Below, piece after piece: positions 21,091 to 31,676 of a stretch of 64,000 nucleotides of DNA; the first letter of the stretch is position 1; the number at the start of each line of letters is the position of its first letter. This stretch comes from Protoeuglena noctilucae (lineage: Eukaryota), in assembly GCA_958009085.1 (NCBI GenBank), contig OY253678.1, positions 1 to 64,000 on the forward strand. Direction: 5' to 3'. The notes below the pieces were generated by a model. It was not told the origin of the DNA. It saw nothing but the letters and a program-made list of their open reading frames with translations, and ran no database searches. The position numbers and the translations under genes are program-made.

Positions 21091-22303
21091 CGCGCGCCCG
21101 ATCTCCCTGGGGAGGCCGTTTTACGCGGCGCGGTTACGGCCACGGCGCACCCGGGATGCGAGAGGCCGCTGGGAGCAGTTTCGCGGCATTTCGTCGTGGT
21201 CGGGGATCGCGGGGAGCGGGGCCCACTCGGGAGCGCAGCGGCGCCGGAAGCGTTAGCCGAGGCTATCCCGCCGCCTATCTTCCTTCTCGGCCGCGATCAG
21301 ACCTATCTTGATCGCGATCGGACGCATCTTTTGCGCACGCGCGCTCCGGGGCCCGCGCGGCCCGGGGGGCTCCGTTCGGCCCGTAATCGCTCCCTAGCGT
21401 AGCTATTGGTATTTCAATCCCTACGCCGAGGTTACATGACCATCCGTGACGCTCTAGGCAACGCACTCATGCACGCACATGCAGCCGGACTCGGGCGGCC
21501 GCAGGCGCGACGGGAGCGCGCAGCGACCACCGCCAGAGGCACCGACCGCTTGTTCCGGACGCTGCCGCTCCATCGGGGAGCGGCGCTCCGGCACTCGGGC
21601 CAGGCACTCGGGAGATGGTGGCGTGCGCGACTCCGCCGTGCCGACGTCCGCCCCAGGAGTCGATGACCACCGCTGCGGGGCGCCGCGGACGCCAGACGAC
21701 AGACAAGGGGCATGGGTCGGCGGACGAGCCATGGCGGGCCCGGCCAGCACCCGACCAGCGCCGGAACTTGGGACGAGGTGGCACGTGCGCCTGCGTGCTT
21801 GTTAGGCGAAGTTAGAGTCAGTCTCGGGGTGAGAGAGTGCAGGCACGGTGCCAGGTACAGTAAGCAAGTACAGAGATACCACGCTGGCGGACCAGCCCTT
21901 CGTCCCTCCCAGCCAACCAACCCCCCCTTGCACACCTGACCGTGTCGCAGACCCCACCGGTAGCGCAGCAGACCAACCGCGCACCTCGGGGACAGCGACA
22001 ATGTCCGACCTGATCTAGTCATGCGTATGCTGCATCTCACCTCACGGGAGCTGGCCCCTCCCCTCCCCAGCCACGTCAGCACACCTCGCAGATGGCTCAG
22101 CAGCAGGCTGCACTCTCACCCTAGAGAGGGACGATGATCCAGCGCTGTTCGCACCAGCAGCGCCGAGCCTCGCCTGTGCGCGGTGCTGTCGCTGCAGCCC
22201 TGCAATCCACCCCCGCTTGCCTGGAGGACTGACGACCCCTGAGCCTGCCTGACCCACAGAGCGCGCGCTGGACTTTCCTCACCTCCGCTTCCACGCCCTC
22301 ACC

Positions 22304-25300
22304 ATGCCCGCCTTGAACCCTGCATCGCAACCTGCGCTGCAGCTCACCATGCTCGAATGCGACGCGTGTGGAACGCAATTCGATACCCCGGCCAAGCTCG
22401 CCCGGCATCAGCAAAGATGCCCTGCGCTGTGGGGCTGGAGATATGGCGAGGAGAGCCGCCAGGAAGCACCCCGCCCCGCCGCCCCACACGAACACTATGT
22501 CTCTCCGTCTCTGCGAGGCTCGGACGGGCTGGCACGCGACAGCGCCAGCGCGGGACCAGACCAAGAACTGCGGGAGGAAGACGGGACGGCGGACGTTGCT
22601 GCGGGCAGTGATGGCGAGAGCGAAGATGTAGGACTCGCGTGGCTCCACTACGCCGACACGGACGTGGACATGGACGTGGACATTGACTCGGAGAGGGGTG
22701 AACCGCCCGAGAGCGCCGGAGCGCATGATGCGCCCCAAGAGGACGCTCCTGGAGTCTCCTACCTTCCTGCGCCCGGGGAGTACGAACCGCTGAAGCTGCC
22801 GGAGGACCTGGAGGCATGGCGGGCCAGGAGCAGGGACAGTGACGATGAGTACCTGAGCCAACTTGAAGCAGGGGCGCAGTTCATGGCATCGCTGACGGCA
22901 GCGCATTTCGATTGCTTCGTGAAGCTGCGCCCCGACATCCGCGACGACCTTCTCGACCTCGGGCGCTCCCACCGCACGTTCCACACCTCACTCAACAGCA
23001 TCCATGGCCAGTACGAGGTGCGTCACGCCGCGGTGCCGCTTGTGTCGAGGGCCTCGGACGCGGCCGAGGGGGCTGACGCCAACCAGTGCACGCACGGCCT
23101 GCAGGTTTTGCAAGAGGAGGGCAGCACAACCATCATCTACCAAACGATAACGGTGCTGAGGGACATGCTGGTGCACGCGGAGCAGATCAAGCCCAAGACG
23201 CTCGTAAAGTTGATGCGAGACTTCAGCGAGGCACGGGAACGGTCACGCCAGGCGCGGGCGAGACCACATGAGACGCATCCCAGCATCCACGAGAAGCTCA
23301 CCTTCTCCCGGGCGAAGGGGTAAAGCGACATAGCCGAGGCTGTCGCTGGCAAAGTCCGCCCCGAGCTGCACGCCCGGCTGCTCCTCGTGCCCGTCGCGTA
23401 CAGCATCGACGGGGTGGAGATGACCAAGGGCGCATCGACGACGCCCATCCACATGCACCTCCTGTCGCCTTGCAAGGCCGTGAGGACAGGGACGCCGCGA
23501 ACCGTGGCCACCGTCGAGTCCATGAAGGCGAGAGGAGGATTGCCGGCGTTGCAGCCCACACGTCCACCACCACGCCGCGTGTATGAGTTGTCGCTCGAGG
23601 CCCCCGCAGGTGTCCGGGATCACTCCGGGGTCACAGGCAGACCTGAACAACAGAGAGGCCATCCAGCGGCGGCTGGCTGCCGTGGACCGGCAGCTGATTG
23701 GCGTGGCGAGGTCCGGTGGGGTGTGGATGACCCTCCCCGACGTCGGGAGAGTCATCGTCTTTCCCGTCTTGGCGGCGCAGCTGAACGACATGATGGCCAA
23801 CTCGTCCACGCTGGCCGTCAGGTCGTGCCCGCTGTGCCTCCAGGATGACTGCCGCACGCCTCGCACCGTCGCGCTGCATCGCCTCCAGGTGCAGCACATC
23901 CTGCGCTTGAGGAGGGACGTGGGGACGGCCAGGGCCAACGAACAAGCCAGGGAGAGCAAAATTCATCCTGTGGTTCCTGCCCTGTCGTACTGGGACGAGT
24001 TCGGGTCGGACTTGTATCAGGGCCAAGCACCTGACCCCATGCACACCGTGGAACTGGGAATGTTGGGCAAGACTGTTCCCTTCTGCATACTGACCGTCCT
24101 CTACAACAACGCGGCAGGGGGAGAGTCTGCGACAAAGGCAAACGCCCTCTTGGCTGCGTTCGCATCGATCATTGCGGATGCCAAGGTGAGCTGCAGGTCA
24201 GGCAATGGCGTGCGTTGCCTGCAGTGGCGCCGCAGCTGCTCGGTATTCACCTGGCATGTCCATCGTCGTGTGGGTGGAGCGCAGGCCCCGGCATGGATCC
24301 ACGCCCGTCCGTGGGGCGAGACCTTCCAGATCGTGCTGAGCCTCGTGGACCCGTTTGGGAAGATAAAGGCGTACGAGGCGAGGTTCTTGATCCAAGCTCT
24401 GCCTTTCGCCCTCGTCGAGCTCTTCTCTCGAGGCGAGGCCGACAGTCAGCGCTGCGAGGGCATCGGGAGGAGCTGCGGGTATCGCGATGCGGGCCGGGGA
24501 ACCCCGGGAGTGTTTCCCCACCACCACATCCCTTGCAGAGCCTACGGGCAGCAAAGACGTGCACGACGAGAGGGTTGGGCTCGTGGCCGTAGCCCTGGCA
24601 TGCCTTCAGCTCTATGCCGAATGGTCCCTGGAGAGCGCCACCATCGCAGGGGCGCAGGCGGCGGACGCGCAGCTGAATAAGGTCCTCCACGTGAGGCCTT
24701 CTCCAACACCAGCCCCATCGTTCGCTGCCCCTTACTCACTCTGGAAGCCTTGTCGCTGCCGTGTCGCCGCAGGTCGTGCTCAAGACGCTGCTGCGTGGCC
24801 ACGAAATCGTCCGCACGGAGAAGCCCCTCTTCAGCAAGATCGAGAACAGCCAGAAGTGCCACGCGCTTTCGCATTTCCCTGCAGTGGTGGCGAGGAACGG
24901 CTCCATCATGTTGGGCAGCATGAACGACGCCGAGCGCATGCACAAGCCCATTGCCAACGCGCGCACGAACGGCAAGGGCGACGTGCAGGTACAGGCAAGA
25001 AGCGCCGCCCAGCGTAGGCGACGCGGGGAAGCCCACGCAGGACGCGTTTCTTGCGACTCACACGTCTCGATGCGGTCGCACGGCGCTCGACCCGCGTGCC
25101 ATGCTGAGCCGCGCTGGACTGACCCCCGAGCCCTGTCGCAGGCGAGCACCAGCGTCATCTCTCAGAGGGCGGCCTCCGTCATCAAGAGCCGGGCGAGGGC
25201 GGAGCAGCCGGTCCCGTCCCAGCCCGAGGACCAAGTGAAGGGCGTGAAGACCGTCCTGAAGAAGAACGACCTGTGCAGCGAGGGACGCGCGGAAGACTTC

Positions 25301-25807
25301 GTTTCTAAGGCGGACCTCCTGAACGCCCTCAAGGGCGCGGGGCTTCCCTGCCACGTCTTGGGCGAGGTCGCGCTGACCTCCACGGTCGAGATCGGGACGG
25401 CCAGCGGGGACCGGGCCAGGATCGTCGCCACCGACGAGACCCTGTCCTTCGTCGAGTACCTCCCGGACAGGGGCACGCTGCAGACGGGCAGGGTCGTGTG
25501 CGGGGTTGAGGCGAAGACCAGCTCCGGTGCCGGGACCTTCCTCTGCGCCCTGGTGGCCCCGGTGCACAGGGCCCCATGCGACCTGAGGTACCTGTCCAAC
25601 CAGTGCTTGTCGTTCTACACCAACCTGGGAGCGCTGCAGCCTCCCCAGCTGTCGCTCCTGGAGCCTGCGGAGGGCGAGGCTCTGAAGTGCGTGCCCCTCC
25701 GCAACCTTCGGCGGCAGCTTCACGCCGTGAAAGTTGCTGGGAAGCTTCTTCACTGCGGCCACGTGCAGCAGGTCTGGGAGCACCACGCCAGCGGCGGCGA
25801 GGAGTAG
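22304..25807 (+). CDS. Plavaka-family transposase (spliced; apparent in-frame TAA at 23321; true start may lie further upstream)
   Basis: Zn finger CDACGTQFDTPAKLARHQQRC; LVPVAYSIDG (first Asp); VFPVLAAQLND (second Asp) followed by CPLC; APDPMHTVELG (DxxH); QKCHALSHFP....NGS...NDAERMHK (Glu); C-terminal CVPLRNLRRQLHAV. The motif order matches Plavaka transposases as I recall them. Confidence 0.8.
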
Positions 25808-26349
25808 GTGACCCCAGGAGCTCCCCGATGCTCGCGGTGCCAGGTCCCCGACGCCGGCGATGTCATCTGTATCGAGATAATTCTCCGAAGCCAGCCCCGC
25901 GCCCCCATCCGCAGCGCCATGACGGCGGGGACGGCTCACCTCCCATGCAGCAGCCACCTCCGTGCGGCGTAGCCGGCAAAGGCGCCGCAGCTAGCGAGAT
26001 TTAGGTCACCTCAATCCATAGGCCAAGCGCTGCGTGCCCGATCGCGGCCGCGGCGGCGGTAGGCCTGGTCGAGCACGGGGACCTCCCCGGCGCCCCCGGG
26101 GGCCCGGCGAGCCCGCGAGCTCCCGCTCATCGCATAGATATGGACATCTCACGTTGAACAGCGGCGGCGCAGGGGAAGCGGACCCCGGATGCGTCGACGG
26201 CCCCCGTCTGCATGCTGGAGCAAGCTTTAGGACGCGAGAGGGGCCTCCGAGGCAGTCATTAGCACCAACTAGCAAATGTGCGGTCTCTCCGCCTCCTCTC
26301 GAGCCCCCTGAGCAAACGCGGGGGCGCGCACGCGCGTCAGGGCCGCGGC

Positions 26350-26470
26350 CCGGGATCGCTGGGATCACTGCGGCAGTGGCGGGGATCGCCGGGATCACGG
26401 GGATGATCCCGGCGATTCCCGGGGATCACTGGGATGAATCCAGTGATTCCCGCGATCCTTCTGATCCGAG
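26350..26470. repeat. Right subterminal repeats of the transposon (GGGATC units)
   Basis: Multiple GGGATCGC/GGGATCAC/GGGATGATCC units, in inverted orientation relative to the left-end repeats. Confidence 0.8.
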
Positions 26471-26685
26471 TGACGTCAAATCGCCGGGTTTTCCCGATGG
26501 TCGTCGGGAGCTCCAGCCTTGCAGCACTGGCGCCCGGCAGCTGGCAAGGGTGGCGCGGGACCAATTGGCTGCGCGAGGAACCCTGCCAGATAGACCAGCG
26601 AGCTGCCGGTACACGTAACAAGCTCTGTTGTCGCGAAGCCTGGCGCAGGGGTGCGGCAGCTGAGGGGACGCTGGGCAGGGCTGCC

Positions 26686-29195
26686 ATGGCGGAGGAGAAA
26701 GCCCCTGAGCCGCCCGTGGAGGAGCAGGAGCAAGAGGAGCCAGAGGTCAAGGTGCAAATCAGCTTCATGTCGGTGCCCTTTTCGGCTCTCCCGGGGTCGC
26801 CACGAGTAGATGTTCTCGGTCGTGCGGCCCATCGCGCTCGCCCGGCCTCAGGGGCGCAGAGGCCCCACAGCATGCTATTTTATCTTTGTTATCACCTCCC
26901 AAAACTGCGCGGGAGCTGTTTGCGTGCCCATGGTTGCCTCGTGGGGTGACTCGCAAATGTCTCCCTCGTTTGGCCTGGTTTTTGCGCGCAACACACTCTG
27001 CCGCGCGGTTTTTAGAGTGGAGAAAGTGTTGCCGTAGGCGCAATCCAGTGCCGGGGTCCTGGCTGACCCGCACAGAGGGGCATGCGTGGAGGTGACAAAG
27101 AGACCGCCCGCCGCGCGCACCCTTCGCTCGCAGGAGGAGGCTCCTCCCGCCGACGAGGAAGCGGATGTGCGAGCTTCCGTAGGGAAAGATGAGGAGGGGG
27201 AGCCCGGACCCGACGTGGGGGACGGCGGGGAGAGTCCGTCGGGGATGCGGGGGGCGCCAGGGGAAACGAGCGGCACCTCGGAGCGCGCGGCGGAGATGGA
27301 CAAGGCTGAGCTATCGCAGAAGATGCGGAAGGCGCGGACGCTGTACGGGCAGCAGGCGGAGGGAGCGCTGGCGAAGCACCGAGACAAGGAGGGCTACATC
27401 AAGGCGAGGGGCCCTCCCGCCGCATGCACCGGCGACGCCGCGCTGTGCATGTGCATAATAGCGAGCGAGCAATCGCCTCCCGCACGCGCACGGCTGCCGC
27501 TGGCCCCCCGCGCCGGCAGCAGCGTCGGCATGCTGCGCCGTGGTCACGGCCCCCCCGCGCGGCCCCCGCAGTTCTCCGCCGTTCCCAATGTGATCAAGGA
27601 ACTGGGAATTAAGACTCAAGAGTTCTGGGAGCCCCACGCCGCGGCGGTCGCGTCCCGCGAGGGCCTCCTCAGCTCGACTGAGTTCTTCCAAGTGCTGGGG
27701 TGCCTGATGCCGTCGCCGCAGCCGCTCCCGGGGGTCATGGTGAGACGCGCGGGACAGAATTCGGCACCGGCTACGCTCGCGTACCTTGTTTCTTCAGAGC
27801 AGCCACTTGGCACCGATTGCGACCCTCGTGTTGCTCCTGCTCTGCCGTTCTGGCACTACCTTCCCTCTCTCCCCCTTGCAGAGCACGCGTAGTGTCTCGA
27901 GCCGTTGTTCGTACCTGGACACGGGGGTGCTTACCGCGGACGAGGCGGTTCTGGAGTTCATGCGGTCCCTGCAGCTGCAGCAGCAGGCGGCCGAGAGGGA
28001 GGGGCGGTAGAAGGAGGCAAAGGAGTGCGCGCTGAAGCTGCGGCAGCTGAAGGTCAAGGAGGTGGAGAGGCTGCAGGAGGAGATCCGGCAGAGACACGAG
28101 GAGGAGTGGGTGAGGCGGGATTGATTTGCTGGGAGAGAGAGCGGGGGTGGACGTGAGAGCAGCAGTGGGGCAGAGAGGGGGAGCAGTGGGACGGGGAGGG
28201 GCAGCTGCCATGCCCTGCCACTGTGTGATAGTTGGAGCTGGAGCGTTGCGTAGCTTGCCATGCAACGACATGCGTATGCATCATCCTTTGTCACCCCAGG
28301 TGGAGGCGGAGAAGGCGTTCCACCAGGACCAGCTGATGGCGGAGCGGCAGTGGGAGGACAAGATGCGTGCGTTCGAGGAGGCGCTGCAGGCGCAGATGGG
28401 GGAGCTGGCGGCGCGGCACGGGGAGCAGCTGGGGCAGCTGCGGGAGGGGGAGATGGCGCGGCGTCCGGAGCGGGCGCGGCGCAGCAAGCAGCTCCTGCAG
28501 CAGCGGGAGATCGAGAAGCGCCTGGCCCGGAGCGGCGACTACGACAAGGCCCTCCGCATCAAGCGGTCGGCCGACGCCTTGGAGAGGAGCGAGTACGAGG
28601 CGACGGTTCAGGCGTTTGAGCAGGAGCTGGCTCTGAAGGAGAGCAAGGTGCTGCAGCGGCAGAGGCAGGAGGTGGAGGCGCTGGAGCAGAGGGGGGCGAG
28701 GGGGAGGCAGGAGCTCGTCAGCGCACGGCAGCTCGACAAGGGTGAGGGGCAGGGGCGGGGGCAGGGGTAGAAAGGGGTTAGGTATGCAGGGGGGGGACTG
28801 GTACGGGTGTGCTGGGGAATGACATACGGCTTCCATCTTTCGTCACTTGTGTTTCACCCGTCATCTGCAGAGAAGCGCGAGCGCCGTTACCGCAACATCC
28901 GTGCGGAGCTGACCAACCTTCAGCGGCTGGAGGTGGTGCAGCTGGAGACCTTCCTGGAGCAGCAGGCGCTTGCGGGGAAGCGCGACCTGCCCAGCAAGAT
29001 GAGCCGGACGATGCGGGGGGGCGTGGCGGGGGAGGGCACCCCCAAGCAGACGTTGCGGTGAGGGGGGCGGTGGGCGTGGCAGCAGCCAGTGACGATGTGG
29101 CATGCGAGGGGTGCGGTGACAGAGGCGCCAATTGTGGCTGCAGGGCAAGCACGGCGAGCCTCAAGACGCTCAAGGTGTCGGCGGGGGGCAAGTGA
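26686..29195 (+). CDS. Coiled-coil protein with a degenerate EF-hand-like N-terminal part; in-frame TAG at 28008-28010 (possible pseudogene)
   Basis: Frame-consistent exons: MAEEKAPE..., DKEGYIK|FSAVP, LEFMRSLQ..EREGR*KEAKEC, QWEDKMRAFEE, SKQLLQQREIEKRLARSGDYDKA..IK, KRERRYRNIRAEL. Resembles a coiled-coil family found in flagellated protists (from memory). Confidence 0.7.
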
Positions 29196-29559
29196 AGCCA
29201 AGTGCTCAAGCAACGCCGCACTGCATGCCGCATGGATGTCCTGCTCGTCCGCTGGTCTTTGATCCACATGGGACGCTTGCGACGCTCGGTGTCCCGTGTC
29301 CGCCGCTTTTCTGTCAGTGATCGATCGTGATGGTGTTGAATGAAACTGATCTGGTCTGGGAGGTACAAACGGTGTTGGAACGGCTGTGCCGGGGCCCCGC
29401 CTCGCTCTGAAGGGCAGGTGACCGCGGCATCGGACGCTCATTGCCTGCTTGCGAGTACTACCTGCGTCGAGACGGACTTGGGACAAGCGCAAAGGAGGCG
29501 CGGGGTGACTGTATCAAGCACTGGCCCGTTGGGCGCGGCGTGGGGGCGAGAGGGCAGCT

Positions 29560-31321
29560 ATGGCGGAGGTCGCAGGGATGCAATCCCTAGCAGAGCTCCG
29601 ACAGCAGCTGTTAGGGTACCAGGAGCAGCTCAAGGAGATCCAGGCGCAGCTGAGGGTGGACCCCAGCAACGCCGAACTCATCGGGGCGCGCGATGGCTTG
29701 CAGGCAAGCTTATACGGAGCAGCACGACCTTGCGTAGGTCTGATGCATGATTCGTGCACAGGGATGGGGCGCTGAGGCCTCATCGTCTTGCCGCTTGGCT
29801 GTGAATGCTGCGAGCGCTGCAACCGCCGTTTGCTGCGAGCGGAGGCATCCAGGAGCGCCATCGACCGCATGATACGAGCGCTATTCTTCTTGTACGCTCA
29901 TTGACTAGCCGCGGGGCCACCTTCGGCACGCTTCAGGCTTCCGGTGCGCCCACGCGTTCCGTCCCGCTTTCCCACGCAGGAGCTGGTGCAGCTGACGCAG
30001 GAACTCATCGACGCGGATGTCGCGGCGCATCCAGAAGTGGCCGAGGCTGTCGCAGCGGTCGCGGCGGAGGGGACAAAGATCGTGACGGCAGGTGGGCATC
30101 ATCGTTTGGACGGACGTGCGTTGATTTCACGCTTTCTGCGCCGCGCTTGGCCAGTCGCGTTGCCCCTCAATGCAGTGAAAGCAATACATGCGCTTTGACG
30201 TGTCGGAGGCATGGTGGCCCACCCTTGCTGCTCAATCGAACCTCGTCCTGCTACGCTGTGCCTGGCACAGCCGTCCCTGCCGAGCCTCTGCGCAGGTGGC
30301 GCGTTGGCGATCTCCCAGCCTCTCCCGGAGGGCACCGAGTACACGACGACGAACCCCGGGGTGTCGAGCACGCTGCCGCCGAGTGTGCAAAAGCAGATGC
30401 GGCTGCGGAGGGTGGAGCAGGCGCTTGCGGCGGAGGACGGGGCGAACCCCGCGTGGGTCATTGGGGAGAAGATCGACGCCATCTACTCTCAGGACGGGCA
30501 GTGGTACCCCGCCAAGGTGGTGGGTGCCACGCCCACGGCTTTCGTGGTGCTGTTCGAGGGGTGAGGGGCTGGGCATGCGATGACCAGGCAACGGTGGGGC
30601 TGTCTGAGGTATGCATAGTTAGAAGTTGATGCCGACTCCTCAGCTGCTTGCCACCTTCATATCTCATCTATCATATCTGCAGGTATGACGATTACTTGGA
30701 GCTCATCAAGCCCGGGGGTGTCCGGCCACGGAAGGAGTTGGAGACGGGGTATGTGCCCCTTGCGCCACCCAAGCGGAGGACGGTCGTGAAGGACGAGAAG
30801 GCGCTGCAGGTGAGAGGAGCATGGAATGGGACAGGTGTTTTGCTAGGTGGATGCAGGCTTGCCAAGCTGTGTGCATCGCCTGGTGTGCGCAGGAGGCACT
30901 GAAGACGAAGGAGATACCGGAGAAGTATCAAATTAAAGACGGAGACGACGAGGAGACGAAGGAGAAGAAGCGGAAGGCGATCCGGGCCATTAAGGCGAGA
31001 GCGATGGGCTGCGGAGATTGAGTGCTGCTGTGCCCTCTCAGGGTTTGACGAGACATGCACCGCGCTTGCTTTTGATTGCAGAAGGAGCAGCGGTTCGTGG
31101 AGATGGACATGGCTGCGAAGGAGAAGGCGGACGCGTGGAAGCAGTTCCAGAACACCAAGGGCGCCAAGCGGGCCAAGGGGTTCATCACGGGCGTCAAGCG
31201 GAGCTCCATCTTCCAGACGAACGACACGGGCAAGGTCGGCGTGACGGGCTCTGGGAAGGGCGTCACGGAGAACCGGAAGAGGGCCAAGCACGGGTTTGAC
31301 ACCATTGCGCAGGACGAGTGA
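29560..31321 (+). CDS. SMNDC1: Survival of motor neuron-related splicing factor 30 (Tudor domain)
   Basis: YQEQLKEIQAQLRVDPSNAEL...LQ|ELVQLT; Tudor WVIGEKIDAIYSQDGQWYPAKV..VLFEG|Y; C-terminal AWKQFQ..KRSSIFQT...GKVGVTGSGKG. Confidence 0.92.
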
Positions 31322-31676
31322 AGCTTCGGGCCGGCGCCTCCTCTGCGCGATTGAATTCCACCTGCGCGAAGTTGCTGCTGTATGCGCTCGGCAGGCGCGA
31401 CCGGGCGCGGGTCGGCTGCAGCGAGAATGCCCCGGGTGCGTCGCGTTTGTCAGTGCAGCTGCCCTCGGCCGCGTCGAAAGGCAATGAGGTCGACGGAAGC
31501 AGCGAACGTTGAACTGAAAGCGCTGATCTGTCCACATATCGCGAGCGAGGGGCAGGCAGGGAGCGGCCCTGGCCAACCTTTGCTGCGGGAGTGGCTGTCG
31601 TCGTGCGACGGTGGGGATCGAGGAGGGCTCTGGGATCCCATCCTCGGTACATCATTGACGTAGGAACTAGGACGCG

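Larger units (their letters stand above)
20927..26499 (+). mobile_element. Plavaka-like (CMC/EnSpm-related) DNA transposon, 5,573 bp
   Basis: Left end CATCGGGAAAACC is the exact reverse complement of right end GGTTTTCCCGATG, with similarity continuing imperfectly for ~25 more bp. GT dinucleotide on both flanks (20925-26, 26500-01). GGATC/GATCC-rich subterminal repeats at both ends. Internal transposase. Confidence 0.85.
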
